64,000 nt of DNA from Promethearchaeota archaeon (GCA_019058365.1 JAHPZE010000015.1:33873-97872), one strand, 5' to 3'. Positions 20,551-30,915 are shown, counted from the first letter of the stretch. Translations and numbers: made by a program. The notes: generated by a model from the letters alone, not told the origin.

Positions 20551-21028
20551 TTTTTACCTCCTTATTATAATAGTGATTATTTTGAATTGATGGTAATTGT
20601 GCAATATTAAGCCAAAAGTCGCCAATACTACTAATAATTTCAATGAATTTTAACATGCCTATTGGTTTAGTAATATAGCAGTTCGCTTGTAAATTGTATG
20701 CAGTTAAAATATCGTTATAAGAGTGTGATGTTGTTAATACAACTACAGGAATTCTTCGTAGTAAAGTATGATTTTTAATTTCAGTAAGAACTTCTCTACC
20801 ATCCTTTCGGGGCAAATTAAGATCCAATAGAATTAAATTTGGATAATTTGATTGCTTATATTTACCTCTTTTATATAAATAAGCTACTGCTTCTTCACCA
20901 TTTTGTACAATATTTAGATTAATGTTAAAATTTGATTCTCTAATTGCTTCAATCGTTAACCTAATATCACCGGGATTATCTTCAACTAATAGTAATTCAA
21001 TTGACTTTTTTTTTCTAGCAACACTCAT
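20540..21028 (-). CDS. stand-alone response regulator (Rcp1-like REC)
   Basis: [33 protein letters not shown] and FWL...LP. Confidence 0.93.
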   Translation of the reverse strand: MSVARKKKSIELLLVEDNPGDIRLTIEAIRESNFNINLNIVQNGEEAVAYLYKRGKYKQSNYPNLILLDLNLPRKDGREVLTEIKNHTLLRRIPVVVLTTSHSYNDILTAYNLQANCYITKPIGMLKFIEIISSIGDFWLNIAQLPSIQNNHYYNKEVKNEI

Positions 21029-21535
21029 TATTCTGCGATAATTTTTTCTCTTGTTTTTATTTTATCTTCCATTTAATTACTTTTTGTGTCCATCTGGAGG
21101 TAATTTCACTATACTAAACCAAAAATTACCTATTGACTTAACAACTTTTATAAATTGTTCTATATCTACTGGTTTTGTAATAAAACAATTAGCATAAAGC
21201 TCATATGATTTTATAATGTCTTCATCAGCAGAGGATGTAGTAAGAATGACAACAGGTATTCTTTTTAATGGGTCTTCCTTCTTTATTTCTTCTAATACCT
21301 CACGACCATCTTTTTTTGGTAAATTCAAATCTAATAGAATTAAATCAGGGCGAGGTTTTCTTTCATATTTATCCTCTTTTCTCAAAAATGCTAAAGCCTC
21401 TATTCCATCCTCGACAATATGAAGATTATTGAAAATTTTACTCTCATTTAAGGCTTCAACAGTCAATCGAACGTCACCAGGATTATCTTCAACCAATAGA
21501 ATCTCAACGGGAATCATTTTTTTTTACCTTACTCA
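21016..21535. repeat. direct repeat copy 1 (REC gene, downstream spacer and first codons of the next gene)
   Basis: Near-identical to 26300-26818 by direct reading. Confidence 0.9.
21077..21517 (-). CDS. stand-alone response regulator (Rcp1-like REC)
   Basis: [21 protein letters not shown] and ANCFITKP; near-identical to 26361-26834. Confidence 0.94.
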   Translation of the reverse strand: MIPVEILLVEDNPGDVRLTVEALNESKIFNNLHIVEDGIEALAFLRKEDKYERKPRPDLILLDLNLPKKDGREVLEEIKKEDPLKRIPVVILTTSSADEDIIKSYELYANCFITKPVDIEQFIKVVKSIGNFWFSIVKLPPDGHKK

Positions 21536-21579
21536 CTTTTTTTATTTAATTTTTATATTTATATTCTTTTATTATTATT

Positions 21580-23724
21580 TTAGTTATAACTATTAAATTT
21601 CTTTTTTGGAATGGAAAAATAGAACGTGGAGCCCTTATCTTTTTCTGATTCTACCCAAATTTTTCCTCCATGACGTTGAACTATTTTTTTACATACAGCT
21701 AATCCAATTCCAGTCCCTCCATATTCATCCTTTTTATGGAGGCGCTGAAAAATTATAAAAATACGATCAAAATATTGCGAATCTATTCCTATCCCATTAT
21801 CTTTAACACTGAATTCCCAAGAATTCTCTTTTACTTCTCCAGTTATATGAACCATCGGAATCTCTGAGGTATTGAACTTGATTGCATTAGAAATTAAATT
21901 CTGAAATAGCTGAGTCATTTGTGAATCATCGGCTATAATTACTGGAAGAGGATCACATGTTACCTCCGCATTTGATTCTGTAATTAAAGTAGATAAATCA
22001 ATTTTTACCGATTCAAGAATTACATTCATATCAGTTGCTTTAAAGGGTTTACCACGCGTTCCTACCCTTGAATATAATAATAAATCATTTATTAACCCCT
22101 GCATTCTTATAGCACCATCTGCAGCATAATTTATGAAATCATTTGCATCATTATCTAATTTATCCTTATATCTTCTCTGCAATAATTGAGTAAAACTTGC
22201 TACCATCCTTAATGGTTCTTGAAGATCATGTGATGCTACATAAGCAAATTGTTCTAATTCTGCATTTGAACGTTTTAAATCTTCCATTAAAATTTTTAAT
22301 TCTTGTTCAATATTTTTAAGTTTTGTAATGTCGATATTTGTTGTAACAATATTTTTAATAACACCTTTTTCATCTATATTTGAATATCCATTAACCAATA
22401 TCCATTTAACATAGTCATTTTTGGGAGAGACTATTCCACCGATATAATCTTTCAAGGGTTTTTTCGATGAAAGAATTAAATTTGCAGGATATTCTTCTTG
22501 AGGGATAATTGTATGATCTTCTTTTATAAAATTCCATTCCTTATCGATGGTTTTTTTACCTACCATCTGATCATAAGTGAGTTCCAGTAATTCTTCAGCT
22601 TTTTTATTACACGAAATTACACTTGTATCAGCATCATGAACAACGATTCCTACAGGTAAATTTTCGAGTAAAAAGCGATATTTTTCTTCGCTTTCTTTTA
22701 ATTCTTTTGTTCTTTTCTCAATTAGGATTTCAAGCCCTTCTTCCATTATCAATCTAAGTATTACACTTCCCACTTCCTTTCCAATTGCTTGAAGTATGGT
22801 TCTTTCTTCTTTAGTAAAGGTATGGTTTTCTGAATTGATTACATTCAATGCTCCTATGATTTTTCCTGCTGTTGTTATAGGAATAATCGCAAGTGCAGAA
22901 TTTTTCCACTTTTTAGAGAGTTCTGGTTCAAATTCTTTATTATTCTCTGTAAAAATTGCATTCCCCTCAACTAAAACAATTCTATAAGGCATTGAATCAT
23001 AAGAGATACATTTTACCGTTTCAATAAACTCAGAAGGCAGACCTTTATGATAGAAAATATTAGCCACTCTCTCCTCCTCATCATTTAGATATAATGCTCC
23101 TCCAGTAATATTCATTAAATTTAACACTATATCCACTAATTTTTCACTGAAATAATTCAAATTCTCAGCATCGTTTCCCAATTTGATAATTTTATTTAAG
23201 ATCTCTAATCTATTGTTAAAAAGTATAACTTTTCTTTCCATTTTTTTCTTTACAGTTATGTCTTGAACTATTCCTTCATATCCTATAAATTGACCTTCTT
23301 GATTTTTTAATAATCTAGTATTTTCCAAAATCCACTTTTTATTACCGTCTTTATCATAGATTTTTGATTCAAAATCAGAAACAAAACCGTTTTTTTTTAT
23401 TAATTTTTTAAAATTATCTCGATTATTAGAATCTCCATATATTTGAGAATCAATATTATATATACTCTTAATAAGTTCGTTAGGGGTATCATAACCTAGA
23501 ATTTTTGCCATATTGGGGTTTGCTATTTTATAGCGATTGCCACCTGTACTCTGATAAATACCCAATATACTATTCTTAAAGATATTCTGATAATTCTCTT
23601 GTGTTTGTTCTAACTCAAGAGTTAAAGCGATCATTCCTTTGTTTGATGCTATTAACTCTTCAGTTAATTCATCAATAATCTTTTGTTGTTTTTTGAGTTC
23701 CTTTTTTAAACTTTCTTTCCTCAT
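21580..23724 (-). CDS. stressosome-associated histidine kinase: coiled coil-PAS-GAF-PAS-HisKA-HATPase (Cph1-type core)
   Basis: N-terminal EELIASNKGMIALTLELE; YVASHDLQEPLR, QNLISNAIKF, DNGIG and GTGIGL. Confidence 0.94.
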   Translation of the reverse strand: MRKESLKKELKKQQKIIDELTEELIASNKGMIALTLELEQTQENYQNIFKNSILGIYQSTGGNRYKIANPNMAKILGYDTPNELIKSIYNIDSQIYGDSNNRDNFKKLIKKNGFVSDFESKIYDKDGNKKWILENTRLLKNQEGQFIGYEGIVQDITVKKKMERKVILFNNRLEILNKIIKLGNDAENLNYFSEKLVDIVLNLMNITGGALYLNDEEERVANIFYHKGLPSEFIETVKCISYDSMPYRIVLVEGNAIFTENNKEFEPELSKKWKNSALAIIPITTAGKIIGALNVINSENHTFTKEERTILQAIGKEVGSVILRLIMEEGLEILIEKRTKELKESEEKYRFLLENLPVGIVVHDADTSVISCNKKAEELLELTYDQMVGKKTIDKEWNFIKEDHTIIPQEEYPANLILSSKKPLKDYIGGIVSPKNDYVKWILVNGYSNIDEKGVIKNIVTTNIDITKLKNIEQELKILMEDLKRSNAELEQFAYVASHDLQEPLRMVASFTQLLQRRYKDKLDNDANDFINYAADGAIRMQGLINDLLLYSRVGTRGKPFKATDMNVILESVKIDLSTLITESNAEVTCDPLPVIIADDSQMTQLFQNLISNAIKFNTSEIPMVHITGEVKENSWEFSVKDNGIGIDSQYFDRIFIIFQRLHKKDEYGGTGIGLAVCKKIVQRHGGKIWVESEKDKGSTFYFSIPKKKFNSYN

Positions 23725-23758
23725 ATTGAATAAAAACGAATTGATTTTACTATACTAT

Positions 23759-24793
23759 TTAATTTAGACTTCTATTTTCTTTTATAACAATTATTGTGGC
23801 ATCATCGTTATCTTTTGCTAAATTTTCTAACATATGATAAGCAATAAATCTTGCTGGTTCATTTAATAAATGAGAATAATCTATCCATCGCCATCTAGAG
23901 TTTATCCCATCAGAAAATAAAACCATAATAAAGCCAGGTTCCCAATGATGTTTCATAACCCTAATTGTTGGTATAGTGCGTCCCACAAGACCTCTTTGAG
24001 TTATGAATGTCTCTTGCATTTTATTACCAAATGTACGCGCTTCAACGTTACCAACTCCCGTAAAGAAGACATCTTTATTTATTAAATCAAATCTTGCTAA
24101 AGCGATTACAATACCTCGCGAATGTCGGCACTCAATATGTAAACCACGAATGATCTGATTAAGAGGTTGATCAAAATTCTTTTTTATGTATTCTAATGCT
24201 ATAGTTGTCGCTCTATTAGCCATTGGACCATGCCCTAATCCATCAATCACGCTAATTAATACATTTTCCTTCCATCTTTTAATAATAAATGCATCACCGT
24301 TCACTTGAAATCCAGGATAAGGGCGAGAGACTCCACTAAAATCAAGGGGAAATATCACTTTTTTTATTACATCTTTTATCCATCGTTTGACAATAATATG
24401 AGTTCCAATACCTTTTCGAGAAATAATATTGAAATTATCCATTAATCGGTTAATAGTTCCCAAACCAAAACCTAAACTACCAATTGTTGAAAAGCCATCA
24501 ACGATTGCTAACTCAACATCTTCAATCCCCGGGCCATTGTCTATGGATTCTATTTGAATGCCTTTTTTACCTTGTTCTTCAATTGAAGTTATAATGATTT
24601 TTCCATCTTTAGCGTACTTGATTAAATTGGAAACTAATTCGCTTGCTGTAATTGCTATTTCTTCTATATCTTCTGCCTTGTTAAAACCAATTTGTTTTGC
24701 AATTATTCTTGATTTTTTCCTAGCTTTTATCTTATCATTTGGATGACCTACTTCCATCGACCATTTTTCTTTTTCCATTAAGATTTTAACCAC
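23759..24793 (-). CDS. rsbX: RsbT-like GHKL domain fused to an RsbX/SpoIIE-like PP2C phosphatase
   Basis: N-terminal half ASELVSNLIKYA, DNGPGI and GSLGFGL; C-terminal half NGDA, VIDGLGHG, FSDGI and DDAT. Confidence 0.85.
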   Translation of the reverse strand: MVKILMEKEKWSMEVGHPNDKIKARKKSRIIAKQIGFNKAEDIEEIAITASELVSNLIKYAKDGKIIITSIEEQGKKGIQIESIDNGPGIEDVELAIVDGFSTIGSLGFGLGTINRLMDNFNIISRKGIGTHIIVKRWIKDVIKKVIFPLDFSGVSRPYPGFQVNGDAFIIKRWKENVLISVIDGLGHGPMANRATTIALEYIKKNFDQPLNQIIRGLHIECRHSRGIVIALARFDLINKDVFFTGVGNVEARTFGNKMQETFITQRGLVGRTIPTIRVMKHHWEPGFIMVLFSDGINSRWRWIDYSHLLNEPARFIAYHMLENLAKDNDDATIIVIKENRSLN

Positions 24794-25188
24794 TTCTTAA
24801 TAATTATTGTTGTACCTTTTCCTACTTCAGATGTAATCTTCATTTCGTCCATCAATCGTTTCACACCTGATAATCCCATTCCTTGACCATTTCCAGTAGA
24901 AAATCCTGGTTTCATTGCATTCTCAATATCAGAGATACCAGGACCATTGTCTTTAAAATCCAATTGAATTCCTTTCTCATCATTATGTGTTAATATATTC
25001 CAAGTCATTACGCCATTCTTTGCATAGATAACTATATTCCTACCTAATTCCGATGCTGCTGTTATGATACGAGTAATGTCAGTAGTACGGAAACCCATAG
25101 TCTCGGTTATTTTGCGTAATATCCTCCGAATTCGCACGAGCGCCGTTTCATTATTAATCTCTATTTCTCCTTTAATTTCACTATTCAA
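24778..25188 (-). CDS. rsbT: RsbT switch Ser/Thr kinase
   Basis: TAASELGRNIVIYA, DNGPGI, GFSTGNGQGMGLSGVKRLMDE and GTT...KKW; TTG start. Confidence 0.92.
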   Translation of the reverse strand: MNSEIKGEIEINNETALVRIRRILRKITETMGFRTTDITRIITAASELGRNIVIYAKNGVMTWNILTHNDEKGIQLDFKDNGPGISDIENAMKPGFSTGNGQGMGLSGVKRLMDEMKITSEVGKGTTIIIKKWLKS

Positions 25189-25255
25189 TATAATTTTCTC
25201 TCAAAAAAATTTTTAAAATCAAATTGACATTTTTATTTTGGTTTCTTAAACTGAA

Positions 25256-25615
25256 TTACAACTTTAATAATTCAAGACCTTTATCTACATTTAATACAAA
25301 GAGAGTATTACCGAGATTAAACCCTAATTCTACCGTAGTAATGGCAACACTTGGATGCATTCCCGCAATAATCGTCTTAGCTCCCATTAGAGCCACCATT
25401 TGAGTTGTCTCAACAATCGTCCTTACAAAAAAAGAGTCTACAACTTCTACTGTTGAAATATCCAGAATTAATCCATTTACTTCATAATCTTCTAAATTTT
25501 GTAATATTTTTCTTTGTATAATCTCAATTTCTTCAACACTGGCCTCCCATGGTATTTTTACCAATAAGACATCATGAATTTTATTGATTGAAACGGTTTC
25601 CTTTCCTTCTGGCAT
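25256..25615 (-). CDS. rsbS: RsbS STAS protein
   Basis: LILDIS.VEVVDSF (conserved phospho-Ser), AGMHPSVAITTVELG and LNVDKGL. Confidence 0.9.
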   Translation of the reverse strand: MPEGKETVSINKIHDVLLVKIPWEASVEEIEIIQRKILQNLEDYEVNGLILDISTVEVVDSFFVRTIVETTQMVALMGAKTIIAGMHPSVAITTVELGFNLGNTLFVLNVDKGLELLKL

Positions 25616-25638
25616 TGAATATTTTGCAACCTCTAAGA

Positions 25639-26085
25639 TTAATCTTTATTCGTGCTCACAATTTTTAATTCAAGAATGTCCAACGCCATCTTAACTCCTA
25701 GTGCTAAAGTCCGAGCTGTCATAATATCGGATAGAACTATGCCCAAATGAACTAATGTTTGTGCTATAGGGGGTTTTATCCCTGTTATAATCACCTTCGA
25801 TCCTAAAAGGCGAACAGCAGAAACAGTATCAATGATATGCTGAGACGTTCTGGAATCTACGGTTGGAACTCCAGTTATATCTATCAAAGCAACTTGTGCA
25901 TCCTCTTTCATTATCTTTTCTAATAAGTTTTCCATAATCCGTTGCGTGCGCTCGGTGTCTAAAGTACCAATAATAGGAGCAACGATAAGACCATCAAATA
26001 TTTTTACAATAGGGATCGAAGCTTCTAAGATTTCGTTAATTTTTTCCATCTTTATTTCCATCCTTTCTTTTAAATTTTCACTCAT
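25639..26085 (-). CDS. rsbR: RsbR-like STAS protein lacking an N-terminal sensor domain
   Basis: PIIGTLDTER, IDITGVPTVDS, VRLLG and TGIKPPIAQTLVHLG. Confidence 0.88.
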   Translation of the reverse strand: MSENLKERMEIKMEKINEILEASIPIVKIFDGLIVAPIIGTLDTERTQRIMENLLEKIMKEDAQVALIDITGVPTVDSRTSQHIIDTVSAVRLLGSKVIITGIKPPIAQTLVHLGIVLSDIMTARTLALGVKMALDILELKIVSTNKD

Positions 26086-26162
26086 AATTTCTCAACTAAA
26101 GTGTGTTTTTTTTTATATATTAGTTACAAGATTTTCAATTTAAACACTATATAAAAAAAACA

Positions 26163-26179
26163 ATATTTAAGGTTTTACT
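26163..26179 (-). promoter_or_regulatory. putative BRE/TATA promoter of the rsbR operon (AGTAAAACCTTAAATAT on the minus strand)
   Basis: 17-bp exact match to 31028-31044 within a longer similar upstream region; about 80 nt upstream of rsbR. Confidence 0.55.
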
Positions 26180-26299
26180 TAAAATAAAAAAAGATTAATA
26201 CTATAATATATTGTGGGATAAATCTGAATAATAATAGTATATAAGGAAAAAAGTATTGTACTAAAAATAATGAAATAAACATTAAATTAATATTTTTTT

Positions 26300-26818
26300 T
26301 AGCAACACTCATTATTCTGAAAAATTTCTTTCTCTTGTTTCTATTTTTTCTTCCATTTAATTACGTTTTGTGTCCATCTGGAGGTAATTTCACTATTCTA
26401 AACCAAAAATTACTTATAGCCTTAACAACTTTTATAAATTGATTTATATCTACTGGCTTAGTAATAAAACAATTAGCATGATGGTCATATGTTTTCATAA
26501 TATCTTCCTCAGCAGAGGATGAAGTAAGAATGACAACAGGTATTCTTTTCAATGGGTCTTCCTTCTTTATTTCTTCTAATACCTCACGACCATCTTTTTT
26601 TGGTAAATTCAAATCTAATAGAATTAAATCAGGGCGAGGTTTTCTTTCATATTTATCCTCTTTTCTCAAAAATGCTAAAGCCTCTATTCCATCCTCGACA
26701 ATATGAAGATTATTGAAAATTTTACTCTCATTTAAGGCTTCAACAGTCAATCGAACGTCACCAGGATTATCTTCAACTAATAGAATCTCAACGGGAATCT
26801 TTTTTTTTATCTTACTCA
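26300..26818. repeat. direct repeat copy 2
   Basis: Near-identical to 21016-21535. Confidence 0.9.
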
Positions 26819-26834
26819 TTTTCTTAATACTCAT
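26361..26834 (-). CDS. stand-alone response regulator (Rcp1-like REC), duplicate
   Basis: Same motifs as, and near identity to, 21077-21517. Confidence 0.94.
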   Translation of the reverse strand: MSIKKMSKIKKKIPVEILLVEDNPGDVRLTVEALNESKIFNNLHIVEDGIEALAFLRKEDKYERKPRPDLILLDLNLPKKDGREVLEEIKKEDPLKRIPVVILTSSSAEEDIMKTYDHHANCFITKPVDINQFIKVVKAISNFWFRIVKLPPDGHKT

Positions 26835-26868
26835 ATATTAGCTTTGCACACCTTTATTATAGAGATTT

Positions 26869-29800
26869 TTATCTTAAATCTTTAGGTTTTGGAATTGAAA
26901 AGTAAAACGTTGATCCTTTTCCTGTTTCCGATTCTACCCAAATCTTACCTCTATGGAGTTGAACTATTTTTTTACACACAGCTAAGCCAATTCCAGTCCC
27001 TTCATATTCACTTCTTTTGTGTAAACGTTGAAAAATTACAAATAGACGATCAAAATTTTTTGGATCAATTCCTATTCCATTATCTTTAACAGAGAACAAA
27101 TATTCGTTTTCTTTTACTTCGCTAGAGATATGTACTTCTGGAGTTTCTCCTCCATGAAATTTCATCGCGTTGGAAATCAAATTTTGTAGTAATTGTATCA
27201 TTTGAGATTCGTCACCGAATATCACAGGTAAAGGATCTCTTAATATTTTAGCTTTATTATCTTGAACCTGACGACTTAGATTCATTAAAACAGTTTCAAG
27301 AATTCTATTCATTTCTATTTTTTTAAAGGGATTCCCATTAGATCCAACTCGAGAATACTTCAATAAGTCTTGAATTAATTTTTCCATTCTTGTGACCCCC
27401 TCTATAGAAAAATTAATGAAATCATTTGCATCTTTCTCTAATTTATTTTGATATCGTTTTTGTAATAATTGATTGAATGTTTTAACCATTCTTAATGGTT
27501 CTTGAAGATCATGGGAGGCAATATATGCAAAGTGCTCTAAATCTTCATTAGAACGCTTTAAATCATTTAAAGTATTTTTTAGATTTTCATTTAACACATC
27601 ACGTATAAAAAATGTTTGGATCAATTCACAGATTCCTTCTATTAAGGCTCTTTCCTCTTTCAAAAATGGGCTCTTATCTTTTGATAGCACTAATTTCGAT
27701 TGAAAAACTTCTAATTGTCCTATCTCACTTGAATCCATTAACAATGGATTCATTAATCTGAATTCGGATTCAATAAAATTTTTTGAAATATATTCTTTAT
27801 TATTAATTGTTAATCGAACAGAAGTAATTTCTGGATTATGAAAAGCTTCTGGAATCCGATCTATTATTGATTGAAACAATTCTTCTTGTTTCATATTAGA
27901 TTTACTTAACAGTTTAGAAATATCATAAAGACAGGTCCTTTCCTTTATCCGTTCTTTTAGTTTTTTTTCAGCTTTCTTACGCTCGGTGATATCCATTCCA
28001 TAAACATTTACATAACTTGTTCCTTTTATTGGTGTAATAAATAGTGAATAGAAATAATTGTTGAGTACTACTTCTAAAATCTGAGTCGCATTTTCTTCAA
28101 ATGCTCTATTAATGCCTTCTCGCAATAAAGTAGGAATTCTATGACCAACTTTTATGTTAAATAAGTCTAATCCTGTTTGATTTGCATACAGGACAAACTC
28201 TTTACTTATACGTAATACTGGATTTGGATTCTCTTCGGGAAATTTTGCTAAATTTACAACTTCTTCTTCTGCTTTTTTCCGGTCTGTAATATCTCTTGAA
28301 ATCAATAACCCTTTTTTCAATCCATCTTTATTTATAAATGTTCTCCCTTTAACTTCAAACCATAAATATGTCCCATTTTTTTTCCTCATTCTTGCTTCTC
28401 CTATCCCTTCCCCTGTTTCAAAGCCTTTCTTTAATTTTTTAGAGACTTCTTTAAAATCATCTGGGTGAATAAAATTTAAAGCAGATTTACCTAATAAATC
28501 TTCATATAAATACCCCATTAATTCTTTATGAACTTGTTCGTTGATATATTCATATTTAGAGTTCTGATCCAGGATAACAATTAAATCATTCGCATTTTCA
28601 GATATAAGACGATATTTTTCTTCAGACTCTTTTAATTGGTGTTCGAGAGTTTTACGGTTAGTAATATCTATAGATGCAATTACATGTGCTGGTTTTCCCT
28701 CAAAATGGATTTGCATGCCATGGCTAGCAACCCATAATATTTCTCCTGTATCATTAATTACACGATATTCAAGATGTTTCAAAGCATCAGGAGAATTATT
28801 AAGAGTCTTTCTAACATTTTCTCTAAATAGATTTAAGTCATCAGGATGAATATTTTCAAAAATTCTTTTAATATTCCATTTAGATATTTCACTAACAGGA
28901 ATGCCAGTTATATTAGCTGATTGTGGATTAGCATATTTAACTTTATTATCCTGAATAATAATTAATTCCATCGGTGATTGTTCAGCAATTACCTTAAACT
29001 TTTCTTCAGATTCTTTCAATTTTTGCTGTGTAAGTTTAGCTTCGGTAATATCAATTATCATGGCTAGATCCGCAAATTTTCCATTGTATGTAATCGATGT
29101 AGCAAAGATCTCTACCCAAATAGTTTCACCAGATTTTTTAATACATTTTACTTGATAACGATTTAAAACGTCTTGATCTCCTTTTTGCTTTTTTGTTAAT
29201 TGTTGCTTTACTTTTTCTCTATCATCAGGATGAATAAATTTAAGATGATCTTCCAAATTCCATCTCAGTATTTCTTCAACAGAATAACCACTAATTTCCA
29301 CCCATTGCTGGTTAATATATATCGTCCGATTATCTTGTAAGATTTGTATGCCTATTAATGATTGCTCAGTAATGGTTCTGAATTTTTCTTCGGATTCTTT
29401 TAAATTTTGTTCCATTATTTTATTTTCAGTTATTTCTTGAACCCATAATATTAATTTTTTCGGCTGACCTATTGAATTATATTGATATTTTCTTGTTCCT
29501 GATAACCATTTGATCTCTTTATCTTTAGACATAATTCTAAATTCAATTTTTCGATTATCAAGATTTTTCGTAAAGTCTCTAAAATCCTCTGGATAAAGAA
29601 TCTTATAAAAAAGTGTTTCATTTTCTAGCTCTTGTCTTTCATAACTAATAATCTCCAAAAATTTTGGATTTATATAATCTACTTGTCCGCTCTCTAAATT
29701 GATTTCTAAAAATCCCATTGTTGATGTTTCTATCAAATTACGATATTTTTCCTTAGAAGTCTTTAATTTCTGTTCTGTTAAATTTTTTGAGCTTATATCA

Positions 29801-30915
29801 GTGAAACTTTTTATAATACCTACTAATTCATCATTCAAGTTATATAAAGGATAATTATTGACGATGTAAAATAACAGTTTTCCATCATTAAATTCTTTAG
29901 TTATTTCATATTCATATTGTTCTTTACCAGATAAAATTTGCTTGAGAGAGCATTCCGGAGTAGAGCACAAATTTCCTTTCCAAATATCATAACATTTCTT
30001 TCCAATTATATCAGTTTTTTTTAATTGAAAAAGATTGCAGAATCGTTCATTTACCTTCATAATGTTATAATCTAAATCGGTAACATACATCGGATTTGAT
30101 GCTGCAAAGATTTGATAGAATTCAGAGTGTGTATGATTAATTCCTTGTTCTGCTTCTTTTTGCTTAAGAATAAGTTTCAACTGAGATCCAATCTCATTTA
30201 TTAGGTCTTTTTCTTCTTCGAGAAATGGCCGATTTTCGAGATAATATACTTCTATCCTTAAATTTTTTTCACCAATAGTAGTGCTATTTGATAACCTCCA
30301 TTTTGTTTCTTTAAAATTATTAGTTTTAAACTCCTTATTACCGTAGAATATTCTCGCACAAGAATTATTAGAAAACTGCCATGCGGGTAGAATCAATTCA
30401 AGAGTTTCATGTATAATACCCTCAATCGTAATATCTGGGTTTCCAACAAGTTTAGATATTCCATAAAGACAAGTTAGTTCTTTTACTTGCTTGCGTAATT
30501 TATACCCAGACTCCTTTAATCTAAAGTCTGATTTTTTCTTTTCAGTATTATCTTTTACAATACTCCACATTCCGATTAGTCTTCTATCCTTGGTTTTTGC
30601 CTGCCAGACTCTAATTGTAACAGGAAAAACTGAACCATCTATTCTGATAAGTTCTTTCTCATATTCATCAGAATATCCCCGTTTCATTATTTGACTTTTC
30701 ACAATATCTTCCTCAACTTTTTGCCATTTTTTTGGAGTTAACTGCTGATAAGACAACCTTTTTAGTTGCTTTTTTGTATATCTAAGCATATCTAAATATG
30801 CCTGATTAGCATCAAGAATCTTTCCTTCTAAGTCTGTTATTATGATTCCATCTTTAAGTGAATCAAATAAGTTTTGATATATTTCTTTTCCCTCCGATAC
30901 CCCTAAACTGCTCAT
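26869..30915 (-). CDS. multi-PAS/GAF-like sensor histidine kinase (Cph1-type core)
   Basis: About 7 PAS domains and two KELTCLY/KERTCLY GAF-like modules; IASHDLQEPLR, NLISNAMKF and GTGIGL. Confidence 0.95.
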   Translation of the reverse strand: MSSLGVSEGKEIYQNLFDSLKDGIIITDLEGKILDANQAYLDMLRYTKKQLKRLSYQQLTPKKWQKVEEDIVKSQIMKRGYSDEYEKELIRIDGSVFPVTIRVWQAKTKDRRLIGMWSIVKDNTEKKKSDFRLKESGYKLRKQVKELTCLYGISKLVGNPDITIEGIIHETLELILPAWQFSNNSCARIFYGNKEFKTNNFKETKWRLSNSTTIGEKNLRIEVYYLENRPFLEEEKDLINEIGSQLKLILKQKEAEQGINHTHSEFYQIFAASNPMYVTDLDYNIMKVNERFCNLFQLKKTDIIGKKCYDIWKGNLCSTPECSLKQILSGKEQYEYEITKEFNDGKLLFYIVNNYPLYNLNDELVGIIKSFTDISSKNLTEQKLKTSKEKYRNLIETSTMGFLEINLESGQVDYINPKFLEIISYERQELENETLFYKILYPEDFRDFTKNLDNRKIEFRIMSKDKEIKWLSGTRKYQYNSIGQPKKLILWVQEITENKIMEQNLKESEEKFRTITEQSLIGIQILQDNRTIYINQQWVEISGYSVEEILRWNLEDHLKFIHPDDREKVKQQLTKKQKGDQDVLNRYQVKCIKKSGETIWVEIFATSITYNGKFADLAMIIDITEAKLTQQKLKESEEKFKVIAEQSPMELIIIQDNKVKYANPQSANITGIPVSEISKWNIKRIFENIHPDDLNLFRENVRKTLNNSPDALKHLEYRVINDTGEILWVASHGMQIHFEGKPAHVIASIDITNRKTLEHQLKESEEKYRLISENANDLIVILDQNSKYEYINEQVHKELMGYLYEDLLGKSALNFIHPDDFKEVSKKLKKGFETGEGIGEARMRKKNGTYLWFEVKGRTFINKDGLKKGLLISRDITDRKKAEEEVVNLAKFPEENPNPVLRISKEFVLYANQTGLDLFNIKVGHRIPTLLREGINRAFEENATQILEVVLNNYFYSLFITPIKGTSYVNVYGMDITERKKAEKKLKERIKERTCLYDISKLLSKSNMKQEELFQSIIDRIPEAFHNPEITSVRLTINNKEYISKNFIESEFRLMNPLLMDSSEIGQLEVFQSKLVLSKDKSPFLKEERALIEGICELIQTFFIRDVLNENLKNTLNDLKRSNEDLEHFAYIASHDLQEPLRMVKTFNQLLQKRYQNKLEKDANDFINFSIEGVTRMEKLIQDLLKYSRVGSNGNPFKKIEMNRILETVLMNLSRQVQDNKAKILRDPLPVIFGDESQMIQLLQNLISNAMKFHGGETPEVHISSEVKENEYLFSVKDNGIGIDPKNFDRLFVIFQRLHKRSEYEGTGIGLAVCKKIVQLHRGKIWVESETGKGSTFYFSIPKPKDLR
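28604..29751. repeat. inverted repeat copy A (three-PAS block)
   Basis: Reverse complement of 42078-43225; the protein blocks match from EKYRNLIETSTMG to HQLKESEEKYRLI. Confidence 0.92.

Noticed and set aside
26166-26312. Short minus-strand ORF of about 48 codons starting MSVAKK
   Set aside because: Only the first codons match the duplicated receiver start; the rest is AT-rich promoter sequence, so it is treated as a duplication remnant.
20540-30915. Phytochrome (Cph1-Rcp1) light sensing
   Set aside because: The kinase cores and receivers are Cph1/Rcp1-type, but no PAS-GAF-PHY module or DIP/PRxSF bilin motif is visible.
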